Notes: generated by a model from the letters alone, not told the origin. 64,000 bases of DNA from Eledone cirrhosa (GCA_964016885.1 OZ024755.1:25110001-25174000); one strand, 5' to 3'. Shown: positions 28,612-42,292, counted from the stretch's first letter. Program-made: numbers and translations.

Positions 28612-28867
28612 TACATACGTATATACATAGTGGAGTGGTAAATTTCTCGACTGAGCCAACACGTCTGACGAGCAGGTTAATGTTGGAGTCATGTCTATCA
28701 CATCGATGAGGTTCTAGAGCCAACCATTTGAGAAACATTTGTAACGGTCGATATACAATAAGAACATTTGCTTAATTCCGTTTTAAACAAATAGTAACTT
28801 AACTCCAGTTACTTGCCACACACTCCACAACAGAACCACGAACCATCCCTCTCAATTTTACTGTTAA

Positions 28868-29057
28868 TAATTGTTTCTACTTTTGGCACAAGGCCAGCAA
28901 TTACCCAGTTCATTACTGGTACTTTATTTTATCGACCCCGTAAGGATGAAAGGCAAAGTTAACCTCGGAGGGATTTGAACTCAGATCATAAAGGGGAGTA
29001 ACTCTATGCTGCAAAGCATGGCGTCCAACCCTCTACCGATACTGCCAATCCACCGCC
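28868..29057 (-). mobile_element. Full-length SINE type 1
   Basis: Full-length match to the 11458 copy. Confidence 0.9.
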
Positions 29058-29198
29058 CTTTAATAATAATAAGAAATGTGAAACAGGGAGAGTAAAAGAA
29101 TATTCTTAAAAGACTCCAGTTGCATTTTCAAATTCTTTTCCTTATATTTTTACTCGTGTGGGACATTCAAGAAAAACCTTATTTTCATATATATGTAA

Positions 29199-29253
<55 letters not shown>

Positions 29254-29340
29254 TATATTTAAATATATATAATGAAATAAATATGGTTTTATAAATATAA
29301 TTTCCATTTATTTAATATCGTATATATATATATATATATT

Positions 29341-29505
29341 ATAGAAGGAGCTTCTACAGGACTAGTACCGTTTCATTCAGATGAAATCTTCAGGAAGCAG
29401 TACTAGTCCTGTAGAAGCTCCTTCTATAAAATAAAAAAATTTTACTCTGCCATGTATTGAGTACCTTACTTACTGTGGTTATCCCCGACTCAACCCGGGA
29501 CCTAC

Positions 29506-29507
<2 letters not shown>
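29341..29507 (+). mobile_element. Mini-PLE fold-back + tail (family also at ~55050-55125)
   Basis: atagaaggagcttctacaggactagtac and its reverse complement; CTGAAGA..GAAA on the minus strand; tail hairpin 29444-29462. Confidence 0.7.
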
Positions 29508-29541
<34 letters not shown>

Positions 29542-29592
29542 AAGTAAAGCTTTTCTTAAATGTCCCAAAGAATTTGAAAATGCAACTGGAGT

Positions 29593-29656
<64 letters not shown>

Positions 29657-29658
<2 letters not shown>

Positions 29659-29863
29659 CGAAAAAGGTGTGGTAAGATACCAGGTGGACCATAACGCACC
29701 AGAGTACTCGATACTGAGGGTATATATGTATAGGAAAAGAGTCAGGACCTCGACGGCTGAGATCCGGCCGTTTCGACAGCTAGATCTGAACTTTAGTTCA
29801 AGTTCGGATCTAGCTGTTGAAACGGCCGGAGCTCAGCCGTCGGGATCCTGACTCTTTTCCTAT
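29657..29863 (-). mobile_element. Family A mini-PLE
   Basis: Tail (partly replaced by TA repeats) + ~60-bp fold-back. Confidence 0.8.
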
Positions 29864-30294
29864 ATATATATACATATATATATTAAAATAACAGATTAAA
29901 GTTTAATTAGGCATACATGTATTTAAAATTGAGTGACAGAACTGCAAGTGATTAGCAATTTTTAGACACCCTAATCAATGAAACAATTGTTAATACTGTA
30001 AATAAAACCCTTTTTGTACTGTTGACCACGTTATTCTTCACTCTTTCACTATTATTACTCCAAGATTAACCTGCAGAGGAATTCCCGAGAAGTCGCCACC
30101 TAACTAAGGAAACCTCTTGTTGAGTCAAACAACGCCGTACGTTAAAACTATCCACAATACGGAGTATTCACAACCTCTAACTGGATTACCTATAACGATA
30201 ATTTGTTATCCCATATATATATAAACTTATATATATATATATAAACATATATATATATATATAAACATACAAACGTCGTGCATGAAGTTCGAAT

Positions 30295-31147
30295 TGTCGA
30301 ACTAACTGAGCGCCGAGAAATTGAATTTATAAGTAGATGTAGGGAGCTCATATATAAATATACATACATACATATGCGTGTGGCTGAGTGGTTAGAGAAT
30401 TGGATTCACAATCTTGAGGTTGTGAGTTCGATTCCTGGACCAGGCGATGCGTTATGTCCTTGAGCAAGACACTTTATTTCACGTTGCTCCTTCTACCTGG
30501 AGTTGCGACCGATAGATAGTATTAGCAATTGGAAAGACCAACGGAAACATTGTTTCCTCGGTCCGATTTGACGAAAGTCGATCGAGTAAAAAAAAAAAAA
30601 AAAAAATACATACATATATACGTGTATATATATCTACACACACACACATTTGTACGTACGTACACGCGTGTGTGTGTGGTGTGTGGTGTGGTGTGTGTGT
30701 GTATCTGCATATATATATTTATATATGAGCTCCGAGAAATTGAATTTATAAGTAGATGTAGGGAGCTCATATATAAATATACATACATACATTATATACG
30801 TGTATATATATCTACACACACACACACATTTGTACGTACGTACACGCGTGTGTGTGTGTGGTGTGTGGTGTGTGTGTGTGTGTGTGTGTATCTGCATATA
30901 TATTTATATATGAGCTCCGAGAAATTGAATTTATAAGTAGATGTAGGGAGCTCATATATAAATATACATACATACATATATACGTGTATATATATCTACA
31001 CACACACACATTTGTACGTACGTACACGCGTGTGTGTGTGTGTGTGTGGTGTGTGTGTGTGTGTGTGTGTATCTTCATATATATTTATATATGAACTCCC
31101 TACATCTACTTATAAATTCAATTTCTCGTCGCTCAGTTAGTTCGACA
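30295..31147. repeat. Inverted-repeat element (~67-bp arms) with two internal direct arm copies and a nested SINE
   Basis: tgtcgaactaactgagcg.cgagaaattgaatttataagtagatgtagggag and its reverse complement at 31081-31147. Confidence 0.7.
30376..30606 (+). mobile_element. tRNA-derived CORE-like SINE type 2 with poly(A)
   Basis: TGGCTGAGTGG A-box, GAGTTCGATTCC B-box; near-identical to the 41889 copy. Confidence 0.85.
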
Positions 31148-31411
31148 GCCGTTTCATTGTGCCCTTTGCAGATGCAAACTCATACACACAATATGAAGAG
31201 AGGTGGATTTCCATGAAAACATCTATAAACATCGCACATTAAGATGCACATTTGTGTTACTGTTCTAGCGAGTGCACAGAGGAATGCAATAATTCAAATC
31301 ACATCTCGAATCTTCTTCGGAGCATAACATAAAACGTAAATATTAACACTTTCATGTCTAAAAATAATATATTACTTATGTATTCCCTTGTGTTCTGTCA
31401 GATAACGAGAT

Positions 31412-31444
<33 letters not shown>

Positions 31445-32447
31445 GTTTATATATATATATAAACTACCTACCTACTCAGACACGTAAATCTATGATATAT
31501 TTATGTATGAGTCGGCTAAATAGTCCTCAATGCAGAACTAGTGAAACTATTTATAATAAAGATATGATTAAATTGTTGCATCTCATAATTTCACAACGGT
31601 CGCTCTTCACGTCTAAACGCACACAAATATGCTTGTGAAAACGTTTTTTGTGCCTGCCTGCCTGCCTGCCTGCGTATGTATGTATGTGCGTGTGCGTGTG
31701 TGTGTGTGTGTGATACGTGATAAAGTTATATCTGTATAAATAGAGTGTGTAACCGAGACTGTATCGACATGCACAAATATATGCACATTTCTAATATGTA
31801 GGAATTTAAACGCCAGAAAATATGAATTTCCCTATAAATTGGAAAAACGGTAAACATTTTTAATCAGTTTTTGGACGCTTACTGGACTCTCATCAGAAGA
31901 CGTGTACATCATCGATTTCTAGGTGGGAATCTCATTATCATTCGTTTCTTGTGCAGTGCATATCGTACCTACTATATCGTACCTACTATATACACACGTA
32001 TTTATATATTTCAGTTCTTCTTCTTCTCGTGTCCACAAGAGTGTCAGTTACAAAGCTTGGCTAGATGTGGTTCCACCACAGCTGAACACATTGCTGTCCT
32101 TTCTCATTAAACCCTGCCAAGTCCAGTGTTCTAGTAGGGGGCATACCAGGAGGTGCTGCTTAGTCAATGGTTCGATGCTGCAGTCACACACAACATCCCC
32201 ATCCTTTAAATAAAGAGGAGCGTCCACGCCGCGGCCCCGGGATTATAGATAAGATCAACAAGATACTGCTAACACTATCACTTGCAACAATTGTATATTT
32301 CAATGAAACGACGTAGATAACTTCGACAAATATTTCTTTGTTTGTTTCTTATATTTGTTTTTATTGTTACATATTTTGCGTAACATATTACACTAATAAT
32401 AATAATAATAATGATTTCTTTATTATTTATTTATAATAATAATAATA

Positions 32448-32483
<36 letters not shown>

Positions 32484-32562
32484 AATCCCCTGCTGTCAGC
32501 TTGTTCTAATTTTGATGCATTGGAGCATTTAAGAAAGCGGTTAAGTACTCTATGGTGTTAAC

Positions 32563-32812
32563 TTCAACACAGCCGACTAATATATATATATAGAGAGAGA
32601 GAAAGAGAGTGAGTGAGAGATTCATATATATATATAGATTCAACACAGCCGACTAATATATATATGTATATATATATAGAGAGAGAGAGAGAGTGAGTAA
32701 GAGATTCATATATATAGATTCAACACAGCCGACTAATATATATATGTATATATATATAGAGAGAGAGAGATAGTGAGTAAGAGATTCATATATATAGATT
32801 CAACACAGCCGA

Positions 32813-32893
<81 letters not shown>

Positions 32894-32900
32894 AGATTCA
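32563..32900. repeat. Compound tandem repeat (ttcaacacagccgactaa + (TA)n(GA)n) x4
   Basis: Direct inspection. Confidence 0.85.
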
Positions 32901-33425
32901 TATATATATATATATATATGTGTGTGTGCGCGTGAGAATGTATTTGTTCATTTTTCTATGTGCAATTTCTGCTGATATCACACACACACACACAAAATGG
33001 CGGATATCTATATCTATTCCATAAGATTATTAAGATTGATTATTACAAATTACGTTAATTTGATTTCAATTTTGCTGAAATTCTCAAGGTTCGTCCTAGC
33101 TACGTCTAAAATGTTGTTTTTTTTTTTATTTCACACAGAGATAACAAGTAGAAACATTTTCATCGTGAACGGCTTAAAACTTTTTGTCTATGAAAATACT
33201 TAATATGAATGATTTTCTTTGCTACTTTAAGATTCGTATGTCTGAAGAAGGGAGATAATCATGGGGGCTGAAATGCAGAGCACTAAACAACATGGTCTGG
33301 TAGACTTGTTGAATAAGATTAGGTAGTGCAAGATCATGAGTAGCAACAGAAGGCAGCAAACCTGTCTTCAGCGAGTCTCTGATAGGGTGGAGAGGGGGGG
33401 GGGGGTGAAGAGTACATATATATAT

Positions 33426-33524
33426 GAAAAGATCCCCAACGGCTGAGCTTCGGCCGTTTCGACAGTTAGATCCGAGTACTCTGGTGCGTTATGGTCCACC
33501 TGGTATCTTACCACACCCTCTTTG

Positions 33525-33527
<3 letters not shown>
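33426..33527 (+). mobile_element. Family A mini-PLE (internally deleted)
   Basis: Antisense arm joined directly to the sense tail. Confidence 0.7.
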
Positions 33528-33559
<32 letters not shown>

Positions 33560-33726
33560 CATAAACCTACTCTTGTGTTCTGAGCTTCTTGAATCACCTT
33601 CTCAGGCATTCTCTCTCAGCCCATGTTTCTTTCTCTTCTTCCTCTCCTCCCAATAATCAGTAATTCAGAAACGAAGAAACAGAATTTAAAGCCTTCTGTA
33701 GCTGTAGGTCTTCTCTGACATATATT

Positions 33727-34280
33727 ACAAGTACCACACTATAACAAGTACCTCACTATAACAAGTACCGCACTATAAGAAGAACCACACTATAGCAAGT
33801 ACACACTATAACAAGTACCACACTATAGCAAGTACACACTATAACAAGTACCACACTATAGCAAGTACACACTATAACAAGTACCGCACTATAACAAGAA
33901 TCTCACTGTAACAAGTACCACACTATAGCAAGTACCACACTATAGCAAGTACCACACTATAACAAGAATCTCACTATAACAAGTACCACACTATAGCAAG
34001 TACCGCACTATAACAAGAATCTCACTATAACAAGTACCACACTATAGCAAGTACCGCACTATAACAAGAATCTCACTATAACAAGTACCACACTATAACA
34101 AGTACCACACTATAACAAGTACCACACTATAGCAAGTACCACACTATAACAAGAATCTCACTATAACAAGTACCACACTATAACAAAAATCGCACTATAA
34201 CAAAAACCACACTATGACAAGAATCTCACTATAACAAGTACCACACTATAACAAAAATCGCACTATAACAAAAACCACAC
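33727..34280. repeat. 17-bp minisatellite (ACTATAACAAGTACCAC), about 30 copies
   Basis: Direct inspection. Confidence 0.9.
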
Positions 34281-34678
34281 CGACTGTAGAAACAACAATG
34301 TCGACAACAGCAACAACAGCAACAATAGAAACAAAAGACAAAATATGATATTTTTAAAAAGAAGACTAACAAAAACTATAAACCATATTGTGAGTAAAAC
34401 CTCACAGAATTATTAGTGTCTCTCTGGGAGGGGGTGTGGTGTGGAAGGGGGTGGGACGTAAAAGGGGGTGGTGGTGGATGGGGTGGGACGTAAAAGGGGT
34501 TCTTGGTGTGTCAGGTGTGTGTGTGTGATGGGGGTTAGATATAGAAGGAGGCTGGGGTGGTGTTGTGTCTGTGTTATTCAGTTCTATAATCTTGGGATTT
34601 TCCTGAGTATTTTTACATTAAAATTCCTGTCGAGAGTGCTGTTCAACACACCACAATACACACGTGTGTGTGTATGTG

Positions 34679-34712
<34 letters not shown>

Positions 34713-35000
34713 AGAACATATGTGGGTGTATGTACATATAGATTAAATATACATACATATACGCATTTATATATATAAATACATACAGCAACATATATAC
34801 ATACATATATATATATATAGAATACTATTAGCTTCTCGCTAAAACAATTTCTATACCTTTCATTTATATATATATATATATATAAAGATACGTATACACA
34901 TATGTGTGTATATAAGTATATAACGTATATATATATATACGTATATATATGCATATATATATACATACACACATGTGTGTGTGTGTATGCATATGTATGC

Positions 35001-35042
<42 letters not shown>

Positions 35043-35248
35043 TGGAGGAGCGTGTACGTATTAAAAGACGAATTATTTTCAAAAAGCCGATACAATGCTG
35101 ACTTGTAAGTCAGTTACAACTCAGCATAGACATATATCTCTCCATTTCTCTTAACTTTCGAAAATGGCGAAACCGCTAACGTTATAAATTAGTGCAAATT
35201 AACCGTCTTAAAGACTCCAATTGCATTTTCAACACCACACACACACAG

Positions 35249-35281
<33 letters not shown>

Positions 35282-35462
35282 GATGTGTGTGTGTGTGTAT
35301 GTGTTCAAATGTATTTGTAGAAAATTAGCCAACTTTCATTAAAAACAGTTTAATCACAATTGTTTCTGATGTTTTAAGCAAATGCCTCGTTCTGTGGCTG
35401 GCAATTACAACCTATAAGTCTGTCTCTCTCCTTTGAGGTTTGATTGTATGGTTCCACTTTTG

Positions 35463-35622
35463 ATAGGGTCGGACGCCATGCTTTCCAGCATAGTTACGTC
35501 CCTTTACGATCCGAGTTCAAATCCCGCCGAGGTTGACTTTGCCTTTCATCCTTACGGGGTCGATAAAATAATGTACCAGTAATGCACTGGGTAATTGCTG
35601 GCCTTGTGCCTAAAGTAGAAAC

Positions 35623-35628
<6 letters not shown>
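35463..35628 (+). mobile_element. SINE type 1 (5'-truncated); older related copies at ~35882-36045 and ~36052-36245
   Basis: Similarity to the 11458 copy. Confidence 0.85.
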
Positions 35629-35661
<33 letters not shown>

Positions 35662-36968
35662 CTAGAATCGTACTTCAGCTCAGGAATTAACGAAAATCAA
35701 CTTCCGAAATATATATATATATATTTTCAAGTGAAGTCATTCTTTTCCTTTTTTTAAGTATATATATATATATGTGTGTGTGGATATGTATATGTGTGTG
35801 TATGTGTATGTATATATATATATATATGTGTATATATAAATCTGTGTGTATATAAATGTGCGTGTGTACGCGCGCGCGTTTGTTCCGACTCTTTCCGTTT
35901 TGAGTTCAAATCCTTCTGAAGTCTATTTTGCCTTTTATCCTTCTTAGGTCGATAAAATATAGTATCAGTCATGTAATTGGGTCGATGTAGTAGACATTCT
36001 TCTCTTGACAAATCGTTGGCCTTGTGTCTGAATTAAGAATCACTACTAAGTCCGGCAGAACCGTTAGAGCGTCGGTGTAGGTTCCAGCTCTTTACTTTCT
36101 GAGTTTAAATCCCGTCGAGATCAAATTTGCCTTTCTTCCTTCCGGAATCGATACAATAAAGTACCAGTCACCTACTCGAGTCGATATAATCGACTTTCAT
36201 TTCCCCCTAATTGCAGGCCCTGTGCCTATAGTATAGATCATTGTTTCTATCGTATATAGTAGATTTTGTGTAGATAGTGAGCGTGCGTGCGTACGTGTGT
36301 GTGCCCAGCGGTTTTGATCTCTCTTCCGTACGCTTCCTCATTTAATAACATGCTTTATAATAATAATAATTCCTTTTAATTTTATATTTTTATTCATATA
36401 TTCTCAAGAACAACCAAAGTGCAATATTCATTACTCCCAAGTAGCCATTTTTCTATAACAGTGCATTTCTGCGGGTAGATGGGGGTAGATCGTACACCTG
36501 TAGTTTCTCGTTTCCGCCCTATGCAATTCTATAAAACTCAACTTCAAAGTTTCTAAGACTATTAAACTGAAATGGCCTTTTCTTAACTACTTATCTAAGT
36601 GTCTGTCCATCGGAAGAAGGGAGGGCCTTTTCTAACTGCTTATCTGAGAGCCAGTCCATCGGGGGGAGGGCTAACAAAAGACGTTCCATATGTTATGCAT
36701 CATTTATGTGTATATTAAACAGAAGTGTTGTTTGAAAGTGTGTGTGTGTGGTGGTGGGGGCTTCTGATTCGTTATAATCATCTTCGTCGTCACAACCATC
36801 ACTACCAACACCACGTGTGTGTCAGTGTGCATATATATACACATATATATATATTATATATTTATATATAATGCATGAAACTTCATTGCTCGGTGGGTGG
36901 CTGTAGGATAAAATAGATCTTTTTATTCATTTGTCTCACATGTTTCATGCTGTTCGTGTACAACATTG

Positions 36969-37018
<50 letters not shown>

Positions 37019-37224
37019 TTTCTGAATTTGTTTAGCAAGATTCTTTATCTGAAATCGTGTGTTGAAACCGATATTGTTATACTTTGGGAGGGTCATGTTG
37101 CCAATAAGAAACACACGCACCAGTTGCTTTCACTTCAATTTATTATAAGAAATTTATAAATTTAGGAATTTATAAATTTCTGGTTGGTTGGTTGGTTCCA
37201 CAACCAGATAGTTGTTTATATATT

Positions 37225-37267
37225 GTCAAAGATCTTTCGTCACACATTCCGTGACCTCTTCAGTGAC
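37225..37267 (-). ncRNA. Type I hammerhead ribozyme
   Basis: gtca-CTGAAGA-ggtcacggaatgtgtgac-GAAA-gatc-TT-tgac. Confidence 0.8.
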
Positions 37268-37673
37268 TGGGGATTCTTTTCTTTGTTTTTGTGCCTCTCC
37301 TTTGTTCTGTCCTACGCCATTTTGTTTCTGTGTGTGTGTGTGTTGTGTGCTCAGTCTGCGCATGCGCGACATCCGGGTGTCTGTGTGTGTTTATATTTGT
37401 TTATTTACATGTTACCGGTTGGTTGTTTGTTCTATGTGTGTGTGTGTTTTCATTTTGTCCTTAATTGTAAGTTGTGATGTTGCTGTTCCACTCATATTTT
37501 CTATTTAAACAAATAAATAAACAAATAAATAAACAAATAAATAAACAAATATAAACACACACAGACACCCGGATGTGACGCATGCGCAGACTGAGCACAC
37601 AACACACACACAGAAACAAAGTGGCGTAGGACAGAACAAAGGAGAGGCACAAAAACAAAGAAAAGAATCCCCA

Positions 37674-37716
37674 GTCACTGAAGAGGTCACAGAATGTGTG
37701 ACGAAAGAACTTTGAC
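37674..37716 (+). ncRNA. Type I hammerhead ribozyme
   Basis: gtca-CTGAAGA-ggtcacagaatgtgtgac-GAAA-gaac-TT-tgac. Confidence 0.75.
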
Positions 37717-37977
37717 AATATATAAACGACCATCTGGTTGTGGAACCAACCAACCAACCAGAAATTTATAAATTCCTAAGTTTATAAATTTATTATAATA
37801 AATTGAAGTGAAAGCAACTGGTGCGTTTGTTTCTTATTGGCAACATGACCCTCCCAAAGTATAACAATATATATATATATATATATATACAATATCTATT
37901 CAATGACTATCCAGTGACTTTCGAACCGATAAGGTATGATTTTCATGGGTATGTCTCTATTTATAAAACAAACTTTG

Positions 37978-38040
37978 TATTTTATCTGATGAAAGCGTAC
38001 AAATGTGCCTTGGTACCTTTGAAATATATATAATAAAATA
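37978..38040 (+). ncRNA. Type I hammerhead ribozyme with intact core
   Basis: tattttat-CTGATGA-aagcgtac...gtaccttt-GAAA-tatata-TA-ataaaata. Confidence 0.8.
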
Positions 38041-38529
38041 AATATGGTTTTATAAATATAATTTCCATTTATTTAATATCATTGGACATTTACTCCAGTA
38101 AACTGTTGAGTGCTCTAAATCAGTTATAACCATTTATATTTGTTGGACTTCCGACAAATTAAATACACCTTCTTTAGGAAAGGTAAAGGAAATGAGAGTG
38201 TTCTATGTAGGCTATATATATTATATATATTATTTCAAATACAATTCTAACTCGATCAGATCTTCAGAAACTGTTATAAAAATATATATAACCGGCATAG
38301 GAATAAGAATACAAGTGAAATCATAAACTCGTCATCTACGCTAAAACTATCCATAATAAGAAGTATTCACAACCTCTAATTGGATTACCTAGAACGATAT
38401 TTTGTTATCCCTTATATATATATATATATATACAGGGAGTGTAACATGAAGTAGGTTCACCCAGGTGAGCACTCGATGTTTAGGTTCATGTCTGTAGCGA
38501 GGCATAGTGTTAGATAGAGTGTAATATAA

Positions 38530-38715
38530 TAATTGTTTCTACTTTAGGCACAAGGCCAGCAATTACCCAGTGCATTACTGGTACTTTATTTTATCGACCC
38601 CGTAAGGATGAAAGGCAAAGTCAACCTCGGCGGGATTTGAACTCAGATCGTAAAGGGACGTAACTATGCTAGAAAGCATGGCGTCCGACACTCTACCGAT
38701 ACTGCCAATCCACCG
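38530..38715 (-). mobile_element. Nearly full-length SINE type 1 with TSD
   Basis: Flanking duplication agtgtaatata. Confidence 0.9.
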
Positions 38716-38771
38716 AGTGTAATATAATAATACAAGGAAGATTTGTTAAGCCTTCATTACGTTTATTGATT

Positions 38772-38833
38772 GGTGACGCGCGTTCCATCTGTATCGATCT
38801 GGCCCGACTCTGGAATCAAAAGCTCGTCGGACC
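38772..38833 (-). ncRNA. Decayed hammerhead of the CGCGCG family
   Basis: ggt-CCGACGA-gcttttgatt...GGAA-cgcgcg-TC-acc. Confidence 0.5.
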
Positions 38834-38842
38834 TCTGTTGTA

Positions 38843-38880
<38 letters not shown>

Positions 38881-39779
38881 ATCATTATCATAATCACCAC
38901 TAACACCAAGGCAAACATCCTCCATAAGGTTGCTCGCATTAATGGAGAAGGCATAAGAACAAGCTGCCGCCGAAAGCACAAGAGGAAGACCTCTAAAACT
39001 AAGTTGGACCAAAAATATAGGGAGTCACCCCCTCCTCAACACGTTGTTCATAGTAGTTAAGGGCTAAAACATTTCTATGAGGGAGTCTGCTCTCTATAGA
39101 ATTCCATGTTAAATATTATCTTGAGGGCGATAGATGGTGTAAGTCGTTAGAGTGTCTGACAAACTGCTTTATTGATTTTGTTCCTACATCCTCACTTCAA
39201 ATCCTGACAAGCATCTGTATATTCCTCCAATTCAGCGATCCTGTTACTAGGAAGTTGCATTGTTGGATTGTCGTTCAATCAATGCCATGAATCTAGCTTT
39301 CACATGGATGCTCCACTTCATTTGTCCAATAGAGACGTTGAACAACTTTAAGATATTAATCCAAGGGATTCTGTTGGTATGGCCACTTCTACTTCACAAA
39401 TAGCATCATCTTTGTCATGATAGTGTTTAGACAGCTGTTGTAACACCCCATAGAATGGTTGACTATGTAACCACGGAGCAGTCTTCAGATATTTCCGTCA
39501 TTATAAGAAATGTAGAGAGGATTCTAAAAATGATTTATTTCAACAAGAATTAAAATAGCGTGGAGAGAGCAATTGCTTCTCCGGAACTACTAAAATGTTG
39601 GGGTTATTTACTTGTTTTTGTTGAGAAATTTGATATTCAGGATTTTATCATTACTACAATTGGTAACCGATAACAGGATTACAACGACAGAGAAAAGCGT
39701 GTGTGTGTGTATATACATATATATATATATTTATACATACACACACACACATTCACACACATATTTATATATATTTATA

Positions 39780-39823
<44 letters not shown>

Positions 39824-40599
39824 GTGTGTTGGCATTGAGAGAGTGGGTTTACATGTATATTCTATTCCTTGTTCATCTACGTTTAGCCAGCTATAATTTC
39901 TATTTTAATTACATTAGGCAAACATATCTCTTATGATTAGTCTAGTCACATTAGTGAGTGATGTCTGGAGGATTCCGGAGCTGAATGACTTAAGTAGCAA
40001 CGTGAAACTCTAAATGATGTACGTTAGACAATAATGTAAACAGGATAATTGACAGCAAACTCTCAACAATATAATGATTAATATAGAATATCGAGTCGGA
40101 AGAGACAGATCTTACAAATTACTTGTTATCCATACTCTCTGTAAACAAACATATTTTTTTAATGAAGTATACCACTGACTTGCCTTGCGGCGATCAATTA
40201 CAGACCGTCACATCAATTACAGACCGTCACATCAATTAATGAAGAGGACTGACCTATTGAACGGTCAGAACATCGAAGGGTCGATTCCTGGGCCGGCGGT
40301 ACGTTGTTTTCTTTACATAAATACTTTCTTCTACTCTGGTATCCAGTGATATGACTGCGGGCACTCGAGAAACCTAGAAGATGCCAGCTAAAGCTTCATA
40401 GGTATAAGTTGTAACATAATTTTCACCATTTCAATTATAATTGACACTCTATATATTTTTGTAGCTGGATTTCTTACAAGCGAGACATACAGAAACAGAG
40501 AATGTTTGTTGGATGTGTCCTTCTTGTAACGAGGCAAAACCTAGTTGAGGTTACATTATCGAGCTGTGGACACTAGTTTTTATTAATATGTTGTGTATG

Positions 40600-41230
40600 T
40601 TCAGTTTAGAATAGGTAAACTACATCCTTAAGTGTCATAAGAGGCGACCAAAAAGCGTTGGTACGACAAAGGACATCTGGTTGTAAAACATTCCTAAAAT
40701 TAAAACCCATGGTAAGCATGGTACCTTTCGTGGGCCTGCGTTCGTATAAATGGTACTATGTCGATACAATTCAATATGGGTGTAAGACTCCGCCAACGGT
40801 GTTCTTTCACCTCTTTTGTTCACAATCTTCATGGACAGGACTGTCATGCTTAGCTAGGATAGAAGTGCTATGAAAACCGGTAAGTGTAGGATCAGTCGAA
40901 TGATATTTGCAAACGACATGGTTCTACTTAATACGTCCAAATGTTATATCAAACATGCATTGGATATGTTTATTGTCGAGTGTTGCACGGCAGGAATGAC
41001 AAATCAGTGCTGCGATGACATGGACAATCGTCCTTTCAGGAAAACCTGTGCAATACTCTCAGCATTTCTCTGGTGCTCCACTGACTCAGTTGGAGAAGTT
41101 CAATTATCTCAGGGCCGTTTCAACGGGTGGTGAAAGGCGGGAAAAGGAATTAAATGCAAGAATTTCGCCAGCTTCAGCACTCGGCAAACAGAAAGGAGGT
41201 AGATGTAAGAGCTACACTCGCTATCTTCAG
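40600..41230 (+). mobile_element. RTE LINE reverse-transcriptase core remnant
   Basis: GVRLRQ.C..SPLLFTIFMDR...MIFANDMVLL (decayed xADD)...LEKFNYL. Confidence 0.8.
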
Positions 41231-41318
41231 TTTTCGAAACAAGGTTCACATGCATATATATATATATAATTATAAAATAACAGGAGGTTGGACTGGTGTA
41301 ATTCTTTAAAGGTTTATT

Positions 41319-41376
41319 ATACGATGATCATTTCAATGACCGGGTTCAGTATGAACCCGGTGACATCATCAGGTAT
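41319..41376 (-). ncRNA. Type I hammerhead ribozyme with intact core
   Basis: atac-CTGATGA-tgtcaccgggttca(tac)tgaacccggtcatt-GAAA-tgatca-TC-gtat; palindromic stem III. Confidence 0.85.
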
Positions 41377-41644
41377 TCGAAATATAACAAAGGAATATAA
41401 TAGACAAAATCCATGGGGCTGACAATCAGAGACATGGGGGTGACCGAACATTTAGCAGATTCTACCCTGGTCGGCCGCCCTCTAGTATATATATATATAT
41501 ATACATTAACACTTCACACAAAGTAAAATATTTCGTTTTAATCATTTTCTAACCCAGAAAAAAGAGAGAAACAAATAAAAATTAAAAAAAAATATTTGTC
41601 TTCCTAATAATCGTCTTTTTCTCCCTATTTATATATATATATAT

Positions 41645-41884
<240 letters not shown>

Positions 41885-41888
41885 GTGA

Positions 41889-42100
41889 AGGCGTGTGGCT
41901 GAGTGGTTAGAGAATTGGATTCGCAATCGTAAGGTTGTGAGTTCGATTCCTGGACCAGGCGATGCGTTATGTCCTTGAGCAAGACACTTTATTTCACGTT
42001 GCTCCTTCTACCTGGAGTTGCGACCGATAGATAGTATTAGCAATTGGAAAGACCAACGGAAACATTGTTCCCTCGGTCCGATTTGACGAAAGTCGATCGT
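41889..42100 (+). mobile_element. CORE-like SINE type 2
   Basis: A/B boxes and GTCCTTGAGCAAGACACTT. Confidence 0.85.
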
Positions 42101-42259
42101 TAAAATATAATATATATATATATATATATAGTGCGGATATAAATTTCTGGTACCCATTTACGTGTGTTGTATCGAGGCAAATAACTGTCAACCCTGGGAT
42201 TTATACACAACCTGAACTATTGAGTACGCTGGGAAACCTTATGCTAGTCCCGTCAACCT

Positions 42260-42290
<31 letters not shown>

Positions 42291-42292
<2 letters not shown>

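Larger units (their letters stand above)
37016..37870. mobile_element. PLE-derived head-to-head pLTR pair (~335-bp arms) + 55-nt tail
   Basis: 37071-~37405 mirrors ~37535-37870 with few mismatches; hammerhead in each arm; (TA)n on both sides. Confidence 0.85.

Noticed and set aside
32563-32900. Repeat-spacer-like array
   Set aside because: The spacers are the same TA/GA microsatellite block; a simple tandem duplication
33242-33295. CTGAAGA...GAAA
   Set aside because: No stem pairing and no UH site
41889-41960. tRNA gene (also at 30376 and 11458)
   Set aside because: A/B boxes run into SINE bodies; no complete cloverleaf or T-run terminator
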